25,820 nt of DNA from Thermoproteota archaeon. Its GTDB lineage: Archaea; Korarchaeota; Korarchaeia; Korarchaeales; Korarchaeaceae. The stretch covers positions 1 to 25,820 of the forward strand of contig JAOZFG010000033.1 in assembly GCA_027491435.1 (NCBI GenBank), read 5' to 3'. Both the position numbers and the translations under genes were made by a program. This document shows positions 8,719 through 16,684 of the stretch, piece by piece. The notes beneath the pieces were generated by a model. It made no database searches and was not told where the DNA came from. It worked only from the letters and a program-made list of their open reading frames with translations. The stretch's first letter is position 1. Every line of letters starts with the position of its first letter.

Positions 8719-8751
8719 TAACCCCGGTTAGTAACTAACCCGGGTTAGTAA
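8719..8751 (-). promoter_or_regulatory. Tandem palindromic operator between the TATA box and start codon of the ATPase gene
   Basis: Perfect 16-bp palindrome ACTAACCCGGGTTAGT (8734-8749) plus an imperfect copy TAACCCCGGTTA (8719-8730), centres 17 bp apart. Minus-strand TTTATT at 8751-8756. Confidence 0.7.
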
Positions 8752-8860
8752 TAAACGAGCTGGGCAACTCTCAACTTTGGTTTATACTACGTTTGTCGTT
8801 GAGGCTCTATCTAGATAGGTAAGAAAGCTTGCGGAATAGGAGAGAATCGATACATGGGAG

Positions 8861-9904
8861 TTAATTTCGTGGTGAGGGGGCTCTGTCCACCTTAGCCCTC
8901 TCCCCCACCAAGTAGCTCTCGGCCACTAGCTCCTTCACCCTTCCAGAGATGATGTAAGCTCTCTCAGCCTCAACTCTGTCAACGATGCTGTCCTTGACCT
9001 CTACCTCCACTCCTTTGACTAACTTCGCCCTTGAACCTTCTAGCTTCACCACCTCCCCCTGAACCTCGTTAACTGAGGCTTTAACCAGGTTGACGACCCT
9101 CCCAGAGACTCTATCGGCCCTGCCATAGATATTCACCACGTCCCCCTCTAAGAGACCCTTTCCTCCGCCCAGAGCCTCTAAGCTTGAAGCCTTCAACGAG
9201 CCGTCCACCCTAAGGTAGTTCACCACGAGCTTTTCAGCCTTCAACGAGCCGATCACCCTCAAGGCGTCCTTCACTTTGAGCGTCTTAGCGTACAGGTTGC
9301 CACTCACCCTCACGATACTGGAGAAGCACTCATCCAGCCTGACGTTCCCTGACACCCTTAAAGTACCTCTAACTAAGCAAGACTTCACGTAGCTCCCGTC
9401 GCCGAGTTCAGCCGACCCATCTACCTTCAGAACGTCCGAGGAGAGTTCCTCGACGGCCAAGCTCCCTTTGACTTCTGCCCTCCTGACCTTGGCCTTCAAA
9501 GCCCTGAGGCTCCCCCTGACGTTAAGGGTATCCGCCTCCAAGGTTATGGACTCCAGGGAACCTCCCACCTCAGCTTGCACGGCTGAGAGGTGTTTTACCT
9601 TGATTGGACCCCTGCTGACCAATCTGTTGGCAGTGAGTACCTCCCCCAAGGCATCTTTAACGATAACCTCCTTGGCAGACACTTCCTTGGCTAGAAGGTG
9701 ATCGCAAACCACCCGATCGGCCTCGAGTCCATCGGCCACCAGCTTCTTACACCTGACAGACCTGGCCTTGAGCCTTCCCTCTACCTTAACATCTCCCTCG
9801 CCAACCACCTCACCCCTGACGATGGCTGTGTGGTTTTCAGGCTCTATCACAGCACCTGGCTTCAAGAGGAGGTCTCCCTCGTACTCCTTAACCTTTAACC
9901 TCAA
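8861..9904 (-). CDS. Beta-helix repeat protein, bactofilin (polymer-forming cytoskeletal)-like
   Basis: V/K/G/A-rich with ~16-17 aa periodic motifs (VxGSL, VxGxL, LKVDGSA). No signal peptide or TM segment. TTG start preceded by a GAGGTG RBS. Confidence 0.7.
   Translation of the reverse strand: MRLKVKEYEGDLLLKPGAVIEPENHTAIVRGEVVGEGDVKVEGRLKARSVRCKKLVADGLEADRVVCDHLLAKEVSAKEVIVKDALGEVLTANRLVSRGPIKVKHLSAVQAEVGGSLESITLEADTLNVRGSLRALKAKVRRAEVKGSLAVEELSSDVLKVDGSAELGDGSYVKSCLVRGTLRVSGNVRLDECFSSIVRVSGNLYAKTLKVKDALRVIGSLKAEKLVVNYLRVDGSLKASSLEALGGGKGLLEGDVVNIYGRADRVSGRVVNLVKASVNEVQGEVVKLEGSRAKLVKGVEVEVKDSIVDRVEAERAYIISGRVKELVAESYLVGERAKVDRAPSPRN
9188..9251. repeat. Intragenic 16-bp direct repeat with 48-bp (16-codon) offset
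   Basis: AGCCTTCAACGAGCCG at 9188-9203 and 9236-9251, encoding GSLKA in successive turns. Confidence 0.75.
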
Positions 9905-9977
9905 ACCGACACCTCTATTACATCTGAAAGCCGCGAATCATATTTTAATTGATGCTTAGGGGGTTAAAGTGAGGCCC

Positions 9978-12900
9978 ATGAGGGGTAAATTGCTGTTGCT
10001 CCTACTACTTGTGATCTCCTCAACTACTTTGCTCGTTACCTCCTGGCCCAAGTTCAGGTACGACGTTCAGAGGACGGGCTACGTGATGGGATCCGGGGAC
10101 ATGCCTGAAGAGGATACGCAGATGCCTAAAACAAAGTGGACCGCTTCATCGCCTACAGGCTCCGGTTTTGCGTCTCAACCGCTGATAGCCGACTGGGGAA
10201 CTTTCACAGCAGTTATAGCCCTGGATGAGAACACTGTTCCTGTAGTTATAAATGGATCCGACGGGAGCGTCAAGCAAAAGCTGATAGCGGCCGGGATAAA
10301 CTCTTACACGGGGGCCCACCCTTCTCTTGGGGATTACAACTCCGATGGGAAGTTGGACGTGTACGCGGCGTCCTACACTAAAGCTTACGTGTTCGACCAC
10401 GACGGCGGCCTGTCTTGGCAAAGCTCTAACTTAGAGGGCAGCGTGAACTCCCCTCCTTTAGTGGACGATTTAGACGGCGATGGGGCTGACGAAATGGTTT
10501 TGGTTACTTACAAAGCTATGGCGTATAGGTTTGATCCACCAGCTGCTGGCGACACGTGGAACGTGAACCTCACCTTTTTAGCTTTGAGCGCAGGGGTCCC
10601 CGAGTCGGAGGCCCCAAAGGCGTTTAAGGCCCCGGTGGCCGGAGCGGCTTACGGGGGCACATACTACCTGCTCTTCCTCTCCTACAACGGGTACCTTCTC
10701 GCCTTAGATCAGAACGGGAATTACCTGTGGCACGCCAAGTTCGGCTCCAGCAACACGGAAATCTCGCCCCTGGTGATCCCCTCCCAGAACAAAGTGGTGG
10801 TAGCCAACTCCGCCGGAGAGGTCGCTATTCTCAGGCTGAGCGATGGAGCCACCCTGGACGAGAAAAGCCTCTCCACCTCCGGCGTGGGGTCAAACATAGG
10901 GTACGCTGAAGTGTCGGGAAGGCCTGTAGCGATAATGGGAGGGGTTGATGGGAAGGTGTTCAAGCTCTTCCTGGACGACTACACCTTCACTTCCATAAGC
11001 ACCAATGGGACGTTCGCCTCAGGTCCTGTCATAGCTGATTTCGACGACGACGGCCATCTAGAGGCGGTCTTCGGTTGTTCTGACGGTAGGCTCATGGCCG
11101 TAGACCTCATCTCCAATAAGGTTGACTGGTTCGTGGACTTAGGGAGTACCACCCCCCTACCAGCGGCCGGAGACGTGGACGGCGACGGCCTGCTTGAACT
11201 GGTAGTCAAGGTGGACGGCGTAGTCAAGGCCTTAGAGGGCTCAGTCTTCAGGCCTTCCAACACGGGAGCCGGCTCAAGGTTATCGGTCATAATAATATCT
11301 CCAACAGACGGCCAGTACCTTAACAAGAGCAACGTCACCATAGCTTACAAGGTGTTCTACACTGGAAGCGAGCTGGTCAACGTCAGGGTGAGGGTTGGAA
11401 AGGGGGGTAACTACAAGCTGTTGAAACACGCTGTAGAGACGGCTAACGTGTTGAGGAGCGTCGTATGGGACGCAACCAACGCTGATGACGGTCCCTACGA
11501 GGTGAGCGTCCTCGCCTCCCTGACCACCTCGGAGGAGTCTTACAAGGTTGAGGGGAAGTCCCTGTTCTACCTGGATAGGGAGCCCCCCAAGGTGGAGGTT
11601 ATTTCCCCTGAGGAAGGTGAAGAAGTTCCGGTAGGCCAGCCCATAAACCTGACCCTGAACGTGACGGATGAGGTTTCTGAGGTCTGCAGGATCACGATAA
11701 AGATGAGGGGCGAGGGAAGGGACTGGGAGCCAGTGACCAAGAGCATGGAAGTTTACGGGGTCGTTCAATTCAACCTCTCCACAAAACAGTTCTACCCCGG
11801 TCAACAGGTAGACTTGGCCATGTGGCTTTACGACCTAGCCGGAAACATGGTAAAGAACGAGACCTGGGTCAAGATAGTCCTGCCTCCGGAGGAGGTAAAC
11901 GTCACCAAAAACAAGACAGAGGAGAAGGTTACAGTAAGGTTCTCATTACCGAACCCCGAGCTTAGGGTGATATCCCCTAGGCCTGGGGAGGGGTCAGACG
12001 ACTTCTTCGAGATAAAGGCCAGCATTAGGAACAACGCCTTCGAGCCGGCCAGGCTTGTGGTGATGTACACTAGAGTCGAGAAGGAGAGGTGGAAGGTCGT
12101 GCTCAACAAGACCACCGACTGGTTCGACCGGGTTGAGTACAGGTGGGACGTCAGGGACCTGTCCCCGGGCTACTACAAGCTCAAGTTCGTACTTCAGGGA
12201 GCAGGAGGTAAAGAGGCTAAAAAGGCCATAAAAGTGGTGGTTAAGCCTGATCTGGCTAAAATAGATGAAAGTCCTCCTTCTTTAAACATCGTCAGTCCAG
12301 TGAACGGGAGCTCGTACTCGAAGGAGGTGCCAGTGATCTGGGAAGCGAGCGACGACCTGGATCAGTCCCTGGACTTTAGGGTATTCGTCAGGTTCCCCAA
12401 CGGCACGATTAAGGAGGTGGCTGAACTTCAAGGGGTGGATAGGTACTTTCTCAAGGCCGAGGGGTACACAGAAGACCTGTACTTCGTGATAGTGGAGGCT
12501 GAAGATGACGCCGGCAACGCCGTGAACAGGACGGCCAGCTTCTTCATAGACAAGACGCCTCCCAAAGTCCAGCTAACAGTTAAACCGCAGACGGCTAAGC
12601 TAGGAGAGGAAATAACTCTGGATGCTAGCAAGAGCTCGGACGACAGGAAGATAGCTTACGTCCTTTGGGATCTGGACGGGGACGGGAAGTTCGAGGCGAA
12701 CACCACGGAACTTAAGTACTCATTTAAGGCGATGAAGCAGGGAAACTTCCAAGCGGTAGTCCAGGTGTTTGACGAGGCGGGCAACTCGGACAAGGCGGCC
12801 ATAAAGTACACGGTGGTGAAGCCTTCCGTTCAACCCCAGCCTAAGCCAGTGCCACCTCCGACTAGACCTGCAGCGGGCGTACAGGCTCCTTCAGCTGAGG

Positions 12901-13019
12901 GAGTTCCAGTGACGGCGGCTATGGGAGCTATCCTAGTGCTCATAATAGCCGTGATAACGGGGCACCTGCTCTACTCCTACAGGGAGAAGGTTAAGGCCTT
13001 GATGAAGAAGCCCTCCTGA
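9978..13019 (+). CDS. Large membrane-anchored surface glycoprotein: signal peptide, FG-GAP/PQQ-like beta-propeller, tandem Ig-like domains, PKD domain, Pro-rich linker, C-terminal TM
   Basis: MRGKLLLLLLL signal; WPKFRYDVQRTG; DxDxDG motifs (GDYNSDGKLD, DDLDGDGADE, ADFDDDGHLE, GDVDGDGLLE); repeated DxxPPxV.IISP...DxAGN units; LDASKSSDD..WDLDGDG PKD; TM AMGAILVLIIAVITG. ATG 9978 preferred over GTG 9969. Confidence 0.88.
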   Translation: MRGKLLLLLLLVISSTTLLVTSWPKFRYDVQRTGYVMGSGDMPEEDTQMPKTKWTASSPTGSGFASQPLIADWGTFTAVIALDENTVPVVINGSDGSVKQKLIAAGINSYTGAHPSLGDYNSDGKLDVYAASYTKAYVFDHDGGLSWQSSNLEGSVNSPPLVDDLDGDGADEMVLVTYKAMAYRFDPPAAGDTWNVNLTFLALSAGVPESEAPKAFKAPVAGAAYGGTYYLLFLSYNGYLLALDQNGNYLWHAKFGSSNTEISPLVIPSQNKVVVANSAGEVAILRLSDGATLDEKSLSTSGVGSNIGYAEVSGRPVAIMGGVDGKVFKLFLDDYTFTSISTNGTFASGPVIADFDDDGHLEAVFGCSDGRLMAVDLISNKVDWFVDLGSTTPLPAAGDVDGDGLLELVVKVDGVVKALEGSVFRPSNTGAGSRLSVIIISPTDGQYLNKSNVTIAYKVFYTGSELVNVRVRVGKGGNYKLLKHAVETANVLRSVVWDATNADDGPYEVSVLASLTTSEESYKVEGKSLFYLDREPPKVEVISPEEGEEVPVGQPINLTLNVTDEVSEVCRITIKMRGEGRDWEPVTKSMEVYGVVQFNLSTKQFYPGQQVDLAMWLYDLAGNMVKNETWVKIVLPPEEVNVTKNKTEEKVTVRFSLPNPELRVISPRPGEGSDDFFEIKASIRNNAFEPARLVVMYTRVEKERWKVVLNKTTDWFDRVEYRWDVRDLSPGYYKLKFVLQGAGGKEAKKAIKVVVKPDLAKIDESPPSLNIVSPVNGSSYSKEVPVIWEASDDLDQSLDFRVFVRFPNGTIKEVAELQGVDRYFLKAEGYTEDLYFVIVEAEDDAGNAVNRTASFFIDKTPPKVQLTVKPQTAKLGEEITLDASKSSDDRKIAYVLWDLDGDGKFEANTTELKYSFKAMKQGNFQAVVQVFDEAGNSDKAAIKYTVVKPSVQPQPKPVPPPTRPAAGVQAPSAEGVPVTAAMGAILVLIIAVITGHLLYSYREKVKALMKKPS

Positions 13020-14859
13020 GGAGGAGGGCTACCAAGGCCACGAGCAGTACGGCCATTAAGGCGAGCGGAAGCAAGTTTATCCCTCCCCTTCCTCTCTCTT
13101 CGCCTCTTTCGACCCCTCTCTCAACGACAGTTTCCCTCTCCACCTTGGTGTGGGTGATCGTGACCCTAACGGTTTGAACCTTACCCTTAACCTCCAACCT
13201 AGCCGTGACCCAATCCGACCAGGTTCCCTCGTCGTCCATAACCCTAAAGGAGATCACGTGGACTCCAGGCCTGAGGTAAGCCTTAACCTCTTGACTTGAC
13301 CCCAGGAACCCGTCCAAGTTAGAGCGCCACTCGTACCTGACTATTCGACCGCCATCAGGGTCCGTCCCGTGGCCCTTCAGGGTTACCTCCTCCCCCTCTT
13401 CAGCGGTTCCGGGGACCTCGTCGATGAAGGCCTTTGGCCTCTCGTTAATCACTTGAACCGTCAGGTAGGCCCAATCGCTTTCGAGCCCCTCCTCATCCCT
13501 GACCCTAACCTTGGCTGTGTAGTTCCCGGGAGCCCTGTAAGAGTGCCTCACCGCAGGGAAGGCCGTCCACCCATAGGTGACGCCGTCACCGAAGTCGTAG
13601 TAGTACTCCAACTCGTCCCCGTCCGGGTCGTAGCTTTTGCTGGCGTCCAGGTATACCTTCTGACCCACCCTGGCCTTGGTGAGGTTTGAGGTGATCGAAG
13701 CTACAGGAGGCCTGTTCTCAGGGGATATAACGACCTTAAAGGGGTCGCTCCAATCGCTCTCAAGCCCGTCGTTGTCCCTGACCTTCACCTTGACGAAGTA
13801 GACGCCAGGCTTGACGTAAACGTGGGAGACCACGCTCTCCCTGGTCCATCCGTAAGTGTTTCCATCCCCGAAGTCGTAGTAGTACTCCACGACCCTGCCG
13901 TCCGGGTCGTAGCTCTTGCTGGCGTCCAGGTATACCTTCTTACCTACCCTCCCGTTCTCCCCCTTTACTATGGCCACGGGCTTCACAGGTACCTCTTCAA
14001 CCCTTATGAAGCAGCTGTTCTCTGAGTACTCAGCGTCATTAGACCAGGCCTTTACCACGAAACGCCTGTATCCGCTTCCCTTAAGCGAGCCAGTGAAGGA
14101 ATACTCCACGTTAGCTCTGGCGTTGAAGCCTGCTATGAGCCTGGTGGTCCCGTTCTCGAACTCCTCCCAGACCTCCACCCTAGCGTCCTTGTTCACTCTC
14201 ACCCTAACTTCGATAGGCTCTCCTGTCCTGTAAGTAGATCCGCATCCCCTGTCAACCCAGACCTCAGCTAGGAAGCTGGAAGGAACTATCTTGTAAACTT
14301 CAACGTCGTCGAAGTAAGAGGCCCCGTTGGACTTCAAGGCGAGGCCTTCTAGGGTGTAGGGCTCAGGCGTCATCTGAAGCCCCACGTATTCACCGTCCAC
14401 GTAGCACCAATACCTGCCCGAGGGGAGGTCTAGGACCACCTCTACCTGGTACCACCTAGCAGCAGAGTAGGAGAAGCTCCCCTTCCCCCCGCAGGTGGCC
14501 GTTCCCGAGTCGAACTTAAGGTAGGCGATCCACTTTACAGTACCATCGTTTTTAGCAAATCCCAGCAGGACTGGACCGCTGGAGGGGTAAACCCTGGCCA
14601 CAACTCCCAGCTTGTCAGCGTCCTCTAGGCCGATCCTCCTGGCGACCGTGGAGGAATCCACTTTAAACGACTTAGGCGGGGAGTAGGCTGTGGAATCGCT
14701 CACCTCGGCAGTTGAGCCTTCCCAGAGCTCCCAACCTGGGGGCGTAACCCCCAAGTCGAAGGAGTCAAAGCTCTCGAAGAAGATGGTCCTCCTGAAACTT
14801 CCTGATAGGCCGAGGGGGGTTAACAGGAGTAATAGTAATAGGCAGACTCTGGCCTTCAT
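12991..14859 (-). CDS. Membrane-anchored surface protein: signal peptide, ConA/lectin-like domain, DUF4384-like Ig domain, three PKD domains, C-terminal TM
   Basis: MKARVCLLLLLLL signal; WYQVEVVLD..YVDG..YFDDVEV (lectin-like); VWVDRGCGSTYRTGE; two LDASKSYDPDG..YYYDFGDG repeats and a third GTDPDGG..YEWRSNLDG unit; TM LLPLALMAVLLVALVALLLRR. TATA at 14882-14890. Overlaps the convergent gene by 29 bp. Confidence 0.88.
   Translation of the reverse strand: MKARVCLLLLLLLTPLGLSGSFRRTIFFESFDSFDLGVTPPGWELWEGSTAEVSDSTAYSPPKSFKVDSSTVARRIGLEDADKLGVVARVYPSSGPVLLGFAKNDGTVKWIAYLKFDSGTATCGGKGSFSYSAARWYQVEVVLDLPSGRYWCYVDGEYVGLQMTPEPYTLEGLALKSNGASYFDDVEVYKIVPSSFLAEVWVDRGCGSTYRTGEPIEVRVRVNKDARVEVWEEFENGTTRLIAGFNARANVEYSFTGSLKGSGYRRFVVKAWSNDAEYSENSCFIRVEEVPVKPVAIVKGENGRVGKKVYLDASKSYDPDGRVVEYYYDFGDGNTYGWTRESVVSHVYVKPGVYFVKVKVRDNDGLESDWSDPFKVVISPENRPPVASITSNLTKARVGQKVYLDASKSYDPDGDELEYYYDFGDGVTYGWTAFPAVRHSYRAPGNYTAKVRVRDEEGLESDWAYLTVQVINERPKAFIDEVPGTAEEGEEVTLKGHGTDPDGGRIVRYEWRSNLDGFLGSSQEVKAYLRPGVHVISFRVMDDEGTWSDWVTARLEVKGKVQTVRVTITHTKVERETVVERGVERGEERGRGGINLLPLALMAVLLVALVALLLRRASSSRP
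13589..13940. repeat. Duplicated PKD-coding segments with 279-bp offset
   Basis: 13589-13610 is identical to 13868-13889 (22/22), and 13619-13661 matches 13898-13940 at 42/43. Confidence 0.85.
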
Positions 14860-15228
14860 CTTGCTATAAGTACCATCTTCGCTTATAAAGGAGACACGAC
14901 AGGAGGGTCTTTATTGGATCTCCTGCCGATGCTGTACGCTCTTGGACGGGAGAGTACACGCTAACTAAAAGCTGTTAAGTCTTAACTGCAAGGAGGATCA
15001 TCATGTGTAGAAATAGTTTAATGTTAACAATTCTGTGGAGGCCTACAGTAAAAACGAGGGCGCTGCTAATAAGGCCTGTTATAGAAGGTCTCTGACGTCC
15101 TATAAAGAAAAGGAACCTTCAACTCCACAGAAGGGGATCTTTTAATGGCCAGCTTACGCCTTACTTTTCGTGCATCAGGCATGTCGCTAGCTTATAGCGT
15201 TAGGTGAGGAAGTAACGAGTCTGACAGG

Positions 15229-15589
15229 ATGAGCTATTATGCGTTAAAAAAGGGGGTAATTGTGGACGAGAGAACAGTGAACGTGACCGTGGGTAGGGAC
15301 TATAGGAGTTACTTGGTCTAGTAGCTATGCGCTCTTGTCGCCGGCAGTAGCGGACTTAGATAAGACATCAGGCTGGAGGTGATAGTGGGCTTGTGGTTAC
15401 AGGGTTTCGGAGGACCTCAACGCCTCTGGGAAAGGCAAGGCCTACCTCCACAAGACCAGCGAGGGCTGGTCCCTCGAGGGGGGATGGAGGCCTTTAACGG
15501 GGTCAGGATAAGGCCTGGGGGTCCTCATGAAGCTTGAAAGTGGAGATCGCCTCAAGATCTGGGGCAAGGAGTCCATAGTGCAGTGCTGA
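15229..15589 (+). pseudogene. Decayed FHA-domain-like gene (stops and frameshifts)
   Basis: Joined frames read MSYYALKKGVIVDERTVNVTVGRDYRSYLV**... / RVSEDLNASGKGKAYLHKTSEGWSLEGG / FNGVRIRPG / VLMKLESGDRLKIWGKESIVQC*. The order GR...VS...W.LE...NG.RI.PG...L..GD.L.I is FHA-like. Confidence 0.5.
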
Positions 15590-15719
15590 AAGCGTCCCCA
15601 GCTAGTCGAAGGGGGAGTTCCAGGTCTGTCCCGTCAGGCCTTTGCTTGAGAACTCTAGAAAAAGGGGCTTCTAAGGCCTGGTAGCGCTAAACCCTCAAAA
15701 TCATCTAGTGAACCATAAA

Positions 15720-16634
15720 TTAATCGCGGCTCAACCTCCAAAGGGCCACGAGTATAACTGCCATGAAGGCCAGCATCCCGACGATGGTTAGGGGATCGGT
15801 TAAACCCTTCTTTTCCTCCCTCTTCATGCTCTGAACCCTGTTCAGTATCTCTTCCAGCTTGTCAGGGATCGGTTCAGCTTTCAGGGGGGATGGGACCTTG
15901 AAGTAGGGTAACCCGTACTCCTTGGCTATCTCTAGGGCCTTCTCCTCTATTTGCTCAGGTTCCCCTTCCATGAGCACGACCACCTGTATCTCACCCCTCT
16001 GAGCGGCTCTCTTGGCCCTAGCTAAGTCCTGAGGGGTCGCCGGCACGCCGGCCTCCTTCAGTATCAGGTACCTAACTTTTATGCCCGTCCACTCCACGGC
16101 GTATTGGACCAGTGGAGTCGTGGCCAGGGCGTTCATGGACAGGTTTAAGGACCTGGCCCTGTTAATTAAAGACTCAACCCTGGACTTCACCTCCCTGTAC
16201 CTGGCTTCGTACTCGTCCCTGCACCCCGGGTTCAACTTGGACATGACTGACTTCACAGACTCCATGAAGAGTATGTAGTTCTGGGGATCATATACGGGCA
16301 TGTGGTAGTTGGGCTTCCCCGTGACCGGATTTTCCCTAATCATTACCAGCGACGGGATTTCCAGGAGCTCGGCCCCCAGCTCCAGCTTCCTGATGGACGT
16401 TTCGAATGGTGTGTGGGCAGTCGATATTATCAGATCAGCCCCCTTCAGGGTTGAGACGTCCTCAGGCCTTAGCTCATAGCTGTGAGGATCCACCCCCCTG
16501 GGAACTAACGAGGTTACCCTGTCCTGACTGCACGCCAGCAGCTTAACGTCCTCAGCGAGGCTGGGAAAGGTCACCACAACATTAACTCCTGTGGAGGATA
16601 GCAGAAGCACCAGAAGCGCCACCGCAGCTCTCAT
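15720..16634 (-). CDS. Metal ABC transporter substrate-binding protein (ZnuA/TroA, cluster A-I) with C-terminal TM anchor
   Basis: VVVTFPSLAEDVKLLA, LVPRGVDPHSYELRPED, ADLII, NYH, LNP..Y..R. Signal peptide MRAAVALLVLLL from ATG 16634, with a TATA box ~20-29 nt upstream. C-terminal hydrophobic helix. Confidence 0.88.
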   Translation of the reverse strand: MRAAVALLVLLLSSTGVNVVVTFPSLAEDVKLLACSQDRVTSLVPRGVDPHSYELRPEDVSTLKGADLIISTAHTPFETSIRKLELGAELLEIPSLVMIRENPVTGKPNYHMPVYDPQNYILFMESVKSVMSKLNPGCRDEYEARYREVKSRVESLINRARSLNLSMNALATTPLVQYAVEWTGIKVRYLILKEAGVPATPQDLARAKRAAQRGEIQVVVLMEGEPEQIEEKALEIAKEYGLPYFKVPSPLKAEPIPDKLEEILNRVQSMKREEKKGLTDPLTIVGMLAFMAVILVALWRLSRD

Positions 16635-16640
16635 CGAGGA

Positions 16641-16684
16641 TATTGTGCACACCTTTATAAAATAATTTGTGGTATTGTGCACAC
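16641..16684 (-). promoter_or_regulatory. Promoter of the metal-binding protein gene flanked by two identical 12-bp sites
   Basis: TATTGTGCACAC at 16641-16652 and 16673-16684 (core palindrome TGTGCACA) bracket the TTTATAAA box at 16654-16661. Confidence 0.65.

Noticed and set aside
8719-8751. Possible mini-CRISPR or IS end
   Set aside because: Only two abutting 17-bp units with no spacers, and no cas or transposase gene. An operator explains it better.
8807-8818. Perfect 12-bp palindrome CTATCTAGATAG
   Set aside because: Single, low-complexity and not positioned relative to a promoter. Plausible by chance in 26 kb.
11280-11804. 174-aa minus-strand ORF and other ORFs inside the surface-protein genes
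   Set aside because: Antisense shadows of long genes with coherent domain structure.
13589-13940. Diversity-generating retroelement TR/VR pair
   Set aside because: Both copies are in-frame PKD domains of one gene, the blocks differ at only one position, and no reverse transcriptase is present in the window.
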